Of a stretch of DNA of 55,099 bases, positions 43,034 through 52,005 are shown piece by piece. Numbering within the stretch: the first letter of the stretch is position 1; each line of letters starts with the position of its first letter. The DNA lies in NCBI GenBank assembly GCA_016198745.1, contig JACQHZ010000407.1:1-55099 (forward strand). Direction: 5' to 3'. This DNA is from Verrucomicrobiota bacterium (GTDB taxonomy: Bacteria; Verrucomicrobiota; Verrucomicrobiia; JABWAM01). The position numbers were made by a program, and so were the translations under genes. The notes under the pieces were generated by a model that did no database searches, was not told the DNA's origin, and saw only the letters and a list, made by a program, of their open reading frames with translations.

Positions 43034-43417
43034 TCATCCCAGGCCGAGGCCGATCCGCAAGGCGTCGCGGACGGTGCGACAATCTTCAACGGCCTCGCGC
43101 GCCAGTTCTTCGGTGGAGGATACGCCGGGGTAGCGGTATCCCACCGCGAACTCGGTGAGGCGAGCCAGAGGGGCGCGGAGCGCCTCAAGGTCGGAGCGCT
43201 TCGACAGCAATAATTCGAGGAGAGCGGCCAGGTCATGGGATTTGGGGAAGGTGATTCCGTCTTCAATCAATCGGGCCTTGAGATATTTTTCAGCACACTG
43301 CTGGCAGTGGAAGCAGACAGCATCATGATTCGGGTTATCCGTGATTGCAGCCTCACGGCCCGCCGTGGCCCAATCACCTTCGGCCTTGACGATCCATTCA
43401 GTTGTCTCCGTTTTCAT
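43034..43417 (-). CDS. HEPN-domain protein (toxin partner of an MNT/HEPN pair)
   Basis: AVCFHCQQCAEKYLKARLIEDGITFPKSHDLAALLELL...FAVGYRYPG is the classic HEPN pattern. It overlaps the upstream nucleotidyltransferase gene. The ORF extends to 43432. Confidence 0.8.
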   Translation of the reverse strand: MKTETTEWIVKAEGDWATAGREAAITDNPNHDAVCFHCQQCAEKYLKARLIEDGITFPKSHDLAALLELLLSKRSDLEALRAPLARLTEFAVGYRYPGVSSTEELAREAVEDCRTVRDALRIGLGLG

Positions 43418-43718
43418 AAAGCACCAGGCCATGCGCGATGATTTCTTGGAGCACGCTGTCTCCCTGCTGTAAACGCTGTTGAATCTGCTCAGCGCTTCGC
43501 ACCAGGAGGTCGGTGGGAAATTTCGGACGAACTTTCAGACGAATCGCGACAGCTTCTCGGGCTGGATGATCTCGCAACGGCATCTGGATCAGGAAATCCA
43601 CGTCGGAATCCTCGGATGGCGTTCCGTAGGCATACGAGCCAAACAGGATGATGCGCTCCGGCTTGAACTCCCGCGCGATGTCGCGGGCCAGTTTTTCGAT
43701 GTCGATGCGACAAACCAT
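43398..43718 (-). CDS. minimal nucleotidyltransferase (MNT) antitoxin-type protein
   Basis: ERIILFGSYAYGTPSEDSDVDFLI (GS-X10-DxD pol-beta NTase motif). 106 aa. It immediately precedes the HEPN gene. Confidence 0.85.
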   Translation of the reverse strand: MVCRIDIEKLARDIAREFKPERIILFGSYAYGTPSEDSDVDFLIQMPLRDHPAREAVAIRLKVRPKFPTDLLVRSAEQIQQRLQQGDSVLQEIIAHGLVLYENGDN

Positions 43719-43829
43719 GCGTGTACTCTATCGGATCCGGTCCCGTAGTTCAATGAAAAATCAAACACGCTGTAGGTCGAACGCATAGACGCCTTCGGTG
43801 CCGTCGCCAATCGCCAGTGGCCAAGATCA

Positions 43830-44047
43830 GCATCGGCACGCCACGGGCGATCGTGTTTGGCACGCCCGCGCAAGCGCGGGCCGAAGTGCTCGATGCCGTG
43901 AAGATTCTCGCGAAGAGCGGCGGCTATTTCCTGGAAACCGCCAAGCCCTTGCCGGAAGAAACGCCCATCGCGAATGCCGTCGCCGTGATCGAGGCCATGT
44001 GCGGCGCGATGAATTACCGGTTTGGATGAGGTTCACCTTTGCGTGAA
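43830..44047 (+). pseudogene. orphan duplicate of the URO-D-like gene 3' end (direct repeat copy 2)
   Basis: Encodes ..GTPRAIVFGTPAQARAEVLDAVKILAKSGGYFLETAKPLPEETPIANAVAVIEAMCGAMNYRFG*. This matches the last ~66 aa of 41993..43006. There is no upstream coding body. Confidence 0.85.
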
Positions 44048-44146
44048 CGTCATTGCATAGGCATATGAAAAGACAACAAGAAAAGATCCAAACATTGCTT
44101 GATTTAAGAGATGTCGGTTCATACGTTTCCTTGGCAAGGCGCTGTC

Positions 44147-44821
44147 TTACGGACTCGGACTCCAGAAGATGTCGCCCCCGGGCCGATTATCGATCCACGC
44201 CTTGCTTTTCCATTCGGCATGGCCGTCAACAAAAAGGGCATTGAACCCGTTGGCATGCAGGGCCGGACAGGTATTCCCGCCCCCCGGTATCCCATAATCC
44301 GATCCAAAATAGTCGTTGATGTCCGCGGCGGTCAACCCGGTTCCGTCAACCACTACGGCTTCCTCCGCCGGGCGCCGGAATTGCGACAGACGTCGCAGAT
44401 TGTACACCCAGGTTCCTGCGTTCCAGAATCCGAAATATAAATTATAAGAGTAGGTGCCAGACCAAGTGTGCCAGTACCCCTTGGACTTCCAGGTGAGGCA
44501 CGGCAGTTTCTGGATGCCGCCCTGGTAAGGCTCCAGCAGGGTCGCCCAGCACCACGCCGTCCCGGGATTCCGAGCGCCGGGCAGGTAGTCGTCATTCTCC
44601 TGCGCATACATTACCAGCGCATAACCAATCTGCTTGAGATTACTCAGGCACGCCGCCTGGCGTCCCTTTTCCCGGGCCTGGCTGATCGCGGGCGAGAGCA
44701 GCGCCGCCAGGATGGAAATGATCGCGATGACCACCAGCAATTCAATGAGGGTGAACCCTCGTTGAATTGACCGGTTCGGGCTTCCGATCCGCCGGCGGCT
44801 ATCAGCAGGAATAAGGGGCAT
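44147..44821 (-). CDS. DUF1559-like prepilin-type protein
   Basis: [33 protein letters not shown] and C-terminal [14 protein letters not shown] prefer ATG 44821 (MPLIPADS..) over the TTG at 44848. Confidence 0.8.
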   Translation of the reverse strand: MPLIPADSRRRIGSPNRSIQRGFTLIELLVVIAIISILAALLSPAISQAREKGRQAACLSNLKQIGYALVMYAQENDDYLPGARNPGTAWCWATLLEPYQGGIQKLPCLTWKSKGYWHTWSGTYSYNLYFGFWNAGTWVYNLRRLSQFRRPAEEAVVVDGTGLTAADINDYFGSDYGIPGGGNTCPALHANGFNALFVDGHAEWKSKAWIDNRPGGDIFWSPSP

Positions 44822-44901
44822 GAGGCAGCGCTCCCAGTTAATGACCAAACATACTGCGCATCACCGCCGATTCCTATTCGAAATCCCCCCTTCCTTCCCA
44901 A

Positions 44902-44914
44902 GTGAATGAGTCAC
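44902..44914. promoter_or_regulatory. 13-bp near-palindrome GTGAATGAGTCAC, third copy (candidate operator)
   Basis: Identical 13-mer at 2864..2876 and 40995..41007. All three lie 60-180 nt upstream of minus-strand gene starts. This copy sits between the FAD-oxidoreductase stop (44925) and the DUF1559 start. Confidence 0.5.
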
Positions 44915-44924
44915 CCGCAGTTCG

Positions 44925-46445
44925 TCAGGAAAGTTTCTTGGCGCGCTCGAAACCGTCGTCGGCATCATGCCGCGGGATGCCCGGCAGGTCCGGCTGGTGA
45001 ATCTTGAAATTTTCACGGACCGGTCCGCGCGGCTGGAGGAGCACCCCGTGCTTTTCAAGGGCGGCCCGTCTTTCCGCCAGGTCCAGGCGCATGGGCGTAA
45101 GCCCCTTTTTCGCCGCCAGCGCCGCCAAAATGCCGCAGGAATATCCCGCCGCCATGCACTGCACACTGGCCCGGACGGCGTAGCCCTGGTCGGCGCACCG
45201 TCCCGCCACCAGCAGGTTGGGCACTCCTCTGGGCGCGAACATTCCCAACGGCAAGCCGAGCATGTCCCGGGTGGCCAGGCAAATGGCGTCTTCGCGAATA
45301 GCCGGCCGCGAACGATCTTCCGCCTGGAGCCGGTCTTCGCCGACAATTTCGCGTCCGCCGCGGGCCACCGTTTGCGCCCCCATGGTGCGGATCACCGCTT
45401 TTTCGAAACCGGGCAGGTACTTTCGACAAAACTGGAGAAATTCGAAGGCGTATTTGCGCGCCGCGGCTTCCGCAATGGATACATGGCGGACGTCATGGGG
45501 ATCCAGACCGGTAACCATGCAAACATTCGCGGTTACGGTGTCGGCGCCATGCCAGGGTTCCGGCCAGAAGCCGTCCCAGCCGTAGCGAATCATGCCGCCT
45601 TCCGGCAGTTGGCGGACCAGATCGAAATCGCCAGCGGCCACCGCTTTCATGATCTGAGGACGAAACGGCCACGCGCGATTTTTGCCATCCACCCACTCGC
45701 CCCAATAGAGATCCTTGGTCATTTCTGCCACGGTCATGCCCAGGTGCTTCGCCAACCAGGGCGTCCATTCCGGACAACTCCGGGGACAGGCGGCGAGGAA
45801 TGCCTGATAACGTTCCAGGTCCACCCAACCCATTTCGAAAAGCAAACCCCAGGAATACTTCCGGGTTTTCTCATCCTGCATCGGCGCCCCCAGGCTGCAA
45901 GCCACGTCGGCTTCGCCCGAGCAATCCACCACCTGGCGGGCGCGCAGCGCCTGGCGGCCGCCCTTGCATTCGAACAGGAGATCATATCCCCCGCCGTTGA
46001 CGGGCAAAGCCCGGCTGAAGCAGGCGTGCAGCCATATTTCCACGCGGGCTTCCTCCAGCAAGCGCAGGCATTCCCGTCCGGCATGTTCATGGCGGTAGAA
46101 AATACAATCGCCGGCCGCAAGAGCCTCCTCCAGGGAAGCATACGGCGTGGCGCCCGATGCAATCACCCGCCGCAGCAGTTCGACCGGAGGCCCTCCCATG
46201 ATGAACTGTCCCTGGCTGTTAAAAAATCGATTGCCAAAATGTCCCATCAACCCCATGTTGATCATTCCGCCCACGTTGCCAAAACGCTCCATGACGGCGG
46301 TTCGCGCACCCTCCCGGCTGGCGCCCACCGCGGCCATCACCCCGGCGGTGCCACCGCCCACTACGGCCACATCCACTTCGCTGACAATCGGAATTTCTCT
46401 GGCCAGTTCGGTCACCGACAATTTTGTATTCATGGGCAAGTTCAA
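44925..46445 (-). CDS. FAD-dependent oxidoreductase (FAD_oxidored/GIDA-like fold)
   Basis: N-terminal dinucleotide-binding motif DVAVVGGGTAGVMAAVGASREGARTAVMERFGNVGGM. 506 aa. Confidence 0.8.
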   Translation of the reverse strand: MNLPMNTKLSVTELAREIPIVSEVDVAVVGGGTAGVMAAVGASREGARTAVMERFGNVGGMINMGLMGHFGNRFFNSQGQFIMGGPPVELLRRVIASGATPYASLEEALAAGDCIFYRHEHAGRECLRLLEEARVEIWLHACFSRALPVNGGGYDLLFECKGGRQALRARQVVDCSGEADVACSLGAPMQDEKTRKYSWGLLFEMGWVDLERYQAFLAACPRSCPEWTPWLAKHLGMTVAEMTKDLYWGEWVDGKNRAWPFRPQIMKAVAAGDFDLVRQLPEGGMIRYGWDGFWPEPWHGADTVTANVCMVTGLDPHDVRHVSIAEAAARKYAFEFLQFCRKYLPGFEKAVIRTMGAQTVARGGREIVGEDRLQAEDRSRPAIREDAICLATRDMLGLPLGMFAPRGVPNLLVAGRCADQGYAVRASVQCMAAGYSCGILAALAAKKGLTPMRLDLAERRAALEKHGVLLQPRGPVRENFKIHQPDLPGIPRHDADDGFERAKKLS

Positions 46446-46455
46446 TCAACCTCCC

Positions 46456-48993
46456 TCACTCGGTTTTGGTTGGTTTTCCTTCTTCAAAGCGCAATTCACC
46501 AAATCCCCGCGGATCCTCCAACCGTTCTTCCACGCGATTCCACGTGCTGCATTCAATGGGTGGTCCCACGCGACGACGCGCGAAATTGCCCCGCCAGGTT
46601 GCACCCGCAGGTGGTCCTGCCAACCCCAGGTTCTCGAAGGGAATCGCCATCTCCACCACCCAGGACGTATCCCCCACCCGCGTGCCGCTGGTCAGATTGA
46701 CCTTGCCGCAAACCTTCGTCGTATTCGCGGCGTTCACGGATATTTCCACCGGGTTCCCGCGCACGGGTTGAAAGCACAACTCCACCACATCATCCTTGAT
46801 CAGGCTGTCCGAGTCTTTCGTTTTGCATTCCCGCCTGATTTTTTGCACTTCATCTTCCCGGCAGGTAAACGCGACATAGAGCGTCTCCGGATCGCACATC
46901 AATTTCACGCTGGTTTGCCGGTGGGCGGCTTCCCGCCGACACTCATTCTGACGAAACCCGTCGGCGACCGCCGCCGGTTGCCACGCCGGATCACCCAGGT
47001 CGCCATCGATCCGCGGCGCCGCCACCCCGGCGGGCAAGGAACGAATCGCGATGGATCGGTTCTCCGGATTCCAGAGCGCGGTCTGCCACCGCCACTTCTC
47101 GTAAAACGCCAAATCCACGATTGCCATGGATCCTTTGCGGTCGGACAGAAAACGGTCGTAGGCCTCATCCGTCCGGAAAAACGGGGATTTTTCATCCGGT
47201 TTAATCAAGCCCGCCCGACGCAGATTCCAATTCAGCATGACCAGATTGTCGCCGAACATTTCCAGCCGTTTTTTCTGGTTTTCCGTCTGCGCCTCGGCGC
47301 GCGCCTTCAGGCACAATTGTTCGATCTGAGCGTGGATGGGCGCGTAAACCTCCTGGGCCGTGTCGTACCAGATCTCGTGGTCCGGATAGGGCTTTTGGAT
47401 GATGTACTTCCGCAGACTTTCTTCCACCAAATCGTGGAGGCGTTCCATGGTGGAAGCGGCCGGGCCATAGGCCCGTTTGAGAAACTCACAATAAATCGCA
47501 CCCGCATCCGCCTGCGGATTCCAGATCATCTTCGCCACCACGTAGTTATGCGCCGCCCCATAACCCCAAGCCTCCTGAGCTTGATAATTGATGGCTTTGA
47601 GCGATTTCCCGAAAGCCGCGAAGGTCGTTTTGATGATCGGAATTCCCGGCGGCAAGGGCGCCCCCGCTGGGTTGCGCATCCAGGTCGAAACATCGTACCA
47701 ACCGAGGTTCCTGACCAGTCCCGCCCACCCCGAGATGATCTTCTGGACCCTTGCCGCCGTCTCAGGTTTATAGAACTTGAAACCATACCCGGCGTTGATG
47801 GCGATGGAAATGAAAACATTCGGGTCGATCTTCACCTTTTCATAGGGCGGGTACACATAATCAGTGTAGGCCAGCCCTCCAACCCAACGATCCGGGTATT
47901 TCTTTCCGACAATCCGTGCCACCCCGTTGTAAAAGTGCAGAACCAGCGGGGTTTGCGAGTAACCATAGGGGGGGAAATCCCCCCAGGAACCGTTCGTATC
48001 CGTGAGTTTGAACTTCCGGCATTCCGGGCAGACACACCCGCCGGTGCCATCCGACGGGGCCATGCTTTCGCCAAACCGTCGCGGGTTCTTGTCCAAGCTG
48101 GCGATCAAACTGTTTGCAAACGCCTCAATCAGCCCCGGATTGCTCAAGCAAAACTTATGTTCATAGGATCCCCACGCGCGGTCGCCGATCGGCTTCTCGC
48201 GCGTCCCATCGGCATGTAGGGGCATGTACTCGGGATGCGCCAAGAGCACGGGTGTGGACGGGTGGTCGGCCCAATTGTGTCCGTAAGCAGGCTCGATGCT
48301 CTTACCAAGGCGATGGCGGCGTTGCCAAACCCGGACATCCGGATGATCTCGGGGTGAACACTCAAGAACGCGAGAGAGCACGGGCGGCGCCTCGGCCAAG
48401 TCCAGCGCCGGAACCCGCAGGCTTTCCCGGTGCTGAGGGATGTCCTCACCCAAAGGCCCGGGCATGAGCCACCGCACGCCTACTACGCGTTCGAGAAAGT
48501 CATAGACGCCCCAAAGCGTCCCCGTGCTGTCACATCGATCCCACTTCTTGTTGTCATCCGGCCAGTCCTTGCCCACGATGTAAAGGTTGCCGGCCTTGGT
48601 AACCATCCGGAACCCTTCATCCGACAATGCGTCGGAAGCGAATCCGGCCCGGCGCGATTCCTCGTTGTCACCGAGACAGATCATCGGCGACCGGGTCTCG
48701 TTCAGAATCGGCAACTTCACACCCGTGGACTTTTCGAGATGCGCCTGCAATTCCTCGGCCGCAAGCTTGACCGAAGCGGGCGCGGTTGGGGCAAGATAGA
48801 TCGCGTAAGGGGAAGCGCCATTTTTCACCAGTTCCAACGCGACGGCCGGCGGCTCGCGTTTTTCTGTTCGACCCGGTGCGCGATCGCCCTGCCCACGGGT
48901 ACAACCATTCTGCAGGAACATGACGGTTACCAGGACAGGGAAAAGCACCCAAAAGACGTAATCAAAGAATTTTCTAAAACGCACTCGGTTCAT
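46456..48993 (-). CDS. DUF4838-like protein with C-terminal CBM9-like domain (copy 3)
   Basis: Signal anchor FWVLFPVLVTVMFLQNGC. CVCPECRKF motif. C-terminus DGDLGDPAWQPAAVADGF..ETLYVAFTC..DDVVELCF..WVVEMAIPF..WRGNFARR. ATGA overlap (48990..48993) with the upstream gene's stop. Paralog of 37629..40064 and 52006..54387. Confidence 0.7.
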   Translation of the reverse strand: MNRVRFRKFFDYVFWVLFPVLVTVMFLQNGCTRGQGDRAPGRTEKREPPAVALELVKNGASPYAIYLAPTAPASVKLAAEELQAHLEKSTGVKLPILNETRSPMICLGDNEESRRAGFASDALSDEGFRMVTKAGNLYIVGKDWPDDNKKWDRCDSTGTLWGVYDFLERVVGVRWLMPGPLGEDIPQHRESLRVPALDLAEAPPVLSRVLECSPRDHPDVRVWQRRHRLGKSIEPAYGHNWADHPSTPVLLAHPEYMPLHADGTREKPIGDRAWGSYEHKFCLSNPGLIEAFANSLIASLDKNPRRFGESMAPSDGTGGCVCPECRKFKLTDTNGSWGDFPPYGYSQTPLVLHFYNGVARIVGKKYPDRWVGGLAYTDYVYPPYEKVKIDPNVFISIAINAGYGFKFYKPETAARVQKIISGWAGLVRNLGWYDVSTWMRNPAGAPLPPGIPIIKTTFAAFGKSLKAINYQAQEAWGYGAAHNYVVAKMIWNPQADAGAIYCEFLKRAYGPAASTMERLHDLVEESLRKYIIQKPYPDHEIWYDTAQEVYAPIHAQIEQLCLKARAEAQTENQKKRLEMFGDNLVMLNWNLRRAGLIKPDEKSPFFRTDEAYDRFLSDRKGSMAIVDLAFYEKWRWQTALWNPENRSIAIRSLPAGVAAPRIDGDLGDPAWQPAAVADGFRQNECRREAAHRQTSVKLMCDPETLYVAFTCREDEVQKIRRECKTKDSDSLIKDDVVELCFQPVRGNPVEISVNAANTTKVCGKVNLTSGTRVGDTSWVVEMAIPFENLGLAGPPAGATWRGNFARRRVGPPIECSTWNRVEERLEDPRGFGELRFEEGKPTKTE

Positions 48994-51206
48994 GGATGAT
49001 TTCCTTTCTGGATTTCTTTCAGCGCCAAAAGCAACCCTTCCCGCCGACTCTCGATATCCATGGTTTCCCCCTCGACTTTCAGCCCGTGCAATGTTCCAAA
49101 GACGCCCCGGTCCCTCTTGGGATCGAACAGCTTGAGGGGCTGAGTGGGCACAGGCGCAAAGCCGAAGACGCTGCGCACAATGATCTCCGCAAAAGAACCG
49201 CCGGAAAAGCTTTCGCGCATGCAGCCCACCCGGCTGGCAACCCTGACCTCAGCCTCAAAACCGGCCCGCTGCGGGCCGACGAGTTCATGCGCCTGGCCGT
49301 AGGGACCTTCGCGGGTCGTGGCCACCGTGCTGAGCAGAAAACCAATGCTGCCGGGGTCGCCGAGGAGGAACAGCGCTTCGGCCGTTATCGCCGGCCATGC
49401 GGCAAAAGCGCCGTAAGGTCCGTGATCTGGCCGATCGGAATTAGTGGCGCCCACATCCTGGAGCGACTGCGCGCGCATCCAGTTTTTGGTGAGCAGTTCC
49501 TTGTGCACAAAGCGGATCATCTCCTGGCGAGTGATCGGGCTGAGATCGTCGCGCAGACAATAGCCCACGATGGCGAAATCGTAGCAATGGCGTTGGATGA
49601 CGCGCTTGCCGTTTTTATGGATGCAGGTCCAGACGCCTTCCCCGGGCACATAACATTCCAGGACGGCGGTCTTGATGCGCTCCGCTTCGTCAAGAAGTTC
49701 CTGGGCGCGCTGCGATTCACCCCGGCTGACAAGCAGTTGCGCCAGCTTGCGGTGCATCCACACGTTGGCGGCGTTGAACGAGGGAACCCGGTGAATATAG
49801 TTGGCCACGCATTCGAGAAGGTTCTGGATGCCGCCATAATCGCCCAGCCAGGGATGGTCGTCGTGAGCCAGTTGTTTCCAGTTGGTGGCCAGGCGTTCCA
49901 GATGCTGCAACACAGTCAGCCCGGCAATGGATTCATCCAAAAACGGCGTGTCGCCGGTGACCGCAAGGTAGGTGTAAAGCAAACGGAAGAGGCTGAAATC
50001 ATTGGCCGCATACCACTGACCGTCCTGCACGCCGGTATGGATGTTGAAGACACAGCCGCCGTGGGGATCGCAACGCAGCAAGTGGCGCAACAATTCCTTT
50101 GTGCCAACAGGCTCCAACAGGCTGACGATGGTCGCGCATTCGGAGACATCCCAGAGGAAAACCCGCCCCGGATCGCGTTCCCCGGAGGTGATGAAGAAGC
50201 GTTTGCAAAGCTTCATATTGGTCCGGAACAGGATGACCATGGTCAAGATGCTCATGTAATAGATGCGGCGCAGCGCCTCGTTGTCCGTTTCCAATACCGG
50301 TACGCATCCGGAAAAATGGCTGGGGTCATCCTCAAAAGCATTCGCCCAACGGGCTTCCCATTTCGATTTGGACTCAGCGTAGCCCCGGTCAAAATTCGCC
50401 AGCCAGGCAAGCGCCTTTTGCCGGGCCGTGGCGGCATCGGCGGCATCCGCCAGAACGATATCGACGTTCCGGGTTTCACCGGGCTGAAGGACGATCGTGT
50501 CGTTGAACATGGTCCGGTTGAGGTCGGGATCGTAGGTCGCATTGTGTTTCCGATCCCCGCCATACAACGTGGGACTATCGGCGTCCCCTTGCCCGCCCGA
50601 AACGATCGCGCTGGACGGCGAACCTTCGCTGCCCGAGGAAGGACGGGGTTGACCGCGGGCGGGGTCGGACGCATGAGAACGGCTGGAGAACGTCGTGCGC
50701 ACGGCATACGCGATAGCATCCGGGCGGCGGTCGTGCTGTGTCGCGCAGGTGACCACCCCCTTTTCGTGGCTTTGCGCCTCGCCGGGCAGGCTGAACCCGA
50801 TGAGGTGCTGGCAGGGAACATTGCCGTCATTGCGCAAGGTCAACCGCCGCAGAACGCCATTTTCCTCAAAAACCATGCGGGTGGCGGTTTCCATAAGCAA
50901 GTGACCGCGTTGCGCCCGGCGGCGACCCTCGTAGGCGCATGCCTGATGCGCTTCGGCCAGGATGATCTTCCGATCAATGGTCAGCTTGGCCTCGTCAACC
51001 GTCCGGTATTGAAATTCCGGGTTCCACGTCCGGTACAGCGCCTGCCCCGGCCAGTAATTGACGCGAAACAGGTCCTCGGTGAGCAGAAGCATTTCGTGGA
51101 AATTATGGACCGCGGGATAATGCGCGGCTGTTTGGGTGGGGATCCACTCGCTGGCGAGTTCGTCGAGCGAGAGCGGTGGCGCCGAGGTTGGGGTGGTAGA
51201 GGTCAA
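48990..51206 (-). CDS. (alpha/alpha)6 six-hairpin glycosidase-like protein (family unassigned)
   Basis: 738-aa ORF. Helical-repeat region ..RRIYYMSILTMVILFRT..WYAANDFSLFRLLYTYLAVTGD..VWMHRKLAQLLVSRGESQRAQELLDEAERIK..AWPAITAEALFLLGD is six-hairpin-like. The start is uncertain: TTG at 51206, and the first ATG is ~38 codons in. Confidence 0.55.
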   Translation of the reverse strand: MTSTTPTSAPPLSLDELASEWIPTQTAAHYPAVHNFHEMLLLTEDLFRVNYWPGQALYRTWNPEFQYRTVDEAKLTIDRKIILAEAHQACAYEGRRRAQRGHLLMETATRMVFEENGVLRRLTLRNDGNVPCQHLIGFSLPGEAQSHEKGVVTCATQHDRRPDAIAYAVRTTFSSRSHASDPARGQPRPSSGSEGSPSSAIVSGGQGDADSPTLYGGDRKHNATYDPDLNRTMFNDTIVLQPGETRNVDIVLADAADAATARQKALAWLANFDRGYAESKSKWEARWANAFEDDPSHFSGCVPVLETDNEALRRIYYMSILTMVILFRTNMKLCKRFFITSGERDPGRVFLWDVSECATIVSLLEPVGTKELLRHLLRCDPHGGCVFNIHTGVQDGQWYAANDFSLFRLLYTYLAVTGDTPFLDESIAGLTVLQHLERLATNWKQLAHDDHPWLGDYGGIQNLLECVANYIHRVPSFNAANVWMHRKLAQLLVSRGESQRAQELLDEAERIKTAVLECYVPGEGVWTCIHKNGKRVIQRHCYDFAIVGYCLRDDLSPITRQEMIRFVHKELLTKNWMRAQSLQDVGATNSDRPDHGPYGAFAAWPAITAEALFLLGDPGSIGFLLSTVATTREGPYGQAHELVGPQRAGFEAEVRVASRVGCMRESFSGGSFAEIIVRSVFGFAPVPTQPLKLFDPKRDRGVFGTLHGLKVEGETMDIESRREGLLLALKEIQKGNHP

Positions 51207-51223
51207 GGGTAAAGGCGGCGCGC

Positions 51224-51958
51224 TCAGTTCTTCACTTTTCGGGCGACGGTCGAGATGCGGACCTCGTCCATCATTCCGTCGAGCGGGTCGTCGTGCCCGC
51301 GATCGCCGATCCGCAGGGTGCGGCGCGTGTTCGTAATGTCGAGGAGGCCCTTCATCGGAATCGGCTCGCCCGGCGCGCCGTCCACGTGGAGCGTTGCGTC
51401 ACCCTTGCGTTCGGCGACCAGAACGATGTGGCGCCACTGGCCGTCGGCGACCGGCGCGGGATTCTCGACCACGATGGAATTCTGTCCATCCGCGAAGATC
51501 GCCTTGGCCTTCCCGAGGTGAAGAAAGATCATGAAGCCGGGTTCCTCGGCCGCCGGGTTGCATTTCTTGTTCACGAGGTGCGCGTAACGGTTCTTCGTGG
51601 AGGTGTTCACCCAGAACTCGATCGTGAAATCCGTCGACTCGCCGAGGTCGAAATCGGGCGGCTGCTTTCGCTCGCCCCCGCAATCCACGTACTGGTCCTT
51701 TCCGTTGAAGCGGAGCGCCTTGCCGAACACGCCGGGAACCCACTCGGCCTTGCCGCCGATCTTCCCGTGGTTGTTCTGTTGACTGTCATCCTTCGCGATC
51801 TCCCCGCTGCTCTCGTTGAAGTGGAGGAGGAGCACAGTGGTTGAATCGGCGCCCGGTGCTTTGGAGGGGTCCACAGGTTCCACCTGGGCCGCCCACGCGG
51901 GCATGGCGAGAAAGTCCAGCGCGAGCGCGCCGGCGAAAAGGAGGGGGATGGTTTTCAT
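51224..51958 (-). CDS. secreted LamG domain protein (paralog of 36885..37604)
   Basis: Signal peptide MKTIPLLFAGALALDFLAMPAWA (ATG 51958). Motifs VLLLHFNE..G.IAKD.S..NNHGKI.G, FGKALRFNGKDQYVDCG, DFTIEFWV, DGQWRHIVLV, LHVDGA, LDGMMDEVRIS. Confidence 0.85.
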   Translation of the reverse strand: MKTIPLLFAGALALDFLAMPAWAAQVEPVDPSKAPGADSTTVLLLHFNESSGEIAKDDSQQNNHGKIGGKAEWVPGVFGKALRFNGKDQYVDCGGERKQPPDFDLGESTDFTIEFWVNTSTKNRYAHLVNKKCNPAAEEPGFMIFLHLGKAKAIFADGQNSIVVENPAPVADGQWRHIVLVAERKGDATLHVDGAPGEPIPMKGLLDITNTRRTLRIGDRGHDDPLDGMMDEVRISTVARKVKN

Positions 51959-52005
51959 GTTGAAAGGATGTTGGGAAAAGGATGCTTGCGTGACCACGCG
52001 GTTTT

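Noticed and set aside
43817-44029. 70-aa ORF MAKISIGTPRAIVFG... as an independent small gene
   Set aside because: It is the duplicated 3' tail of the URO-D-like gene (direct repeat copy 2). It lacks the catalytic body, and its start codon is fortuitous.
44967-48219. Plus-strand ORFs 44967..46700 (577 aa) and 46147..48219 (690 aa)
   Set aside because: They are antisense shadows of the FAD oxidoreductase and the DUF4838 copy-3 gene, both of which carry diagnostic motifs. The plus-strand translations are Arg/Pro/Gly-rich and featureless.
48996-51212. 738-aa plus-strand ORF mirroring the 48990..51206 gene
   Set aside because: It has the same length as the gene on the opposite strand. The composition is dominated by R/G/A/P/V with no motifs. 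The minus-strand product has helical-repeat glycosidase-like sequence and is operon-coupled (ATGA overlap) to its neighbours.
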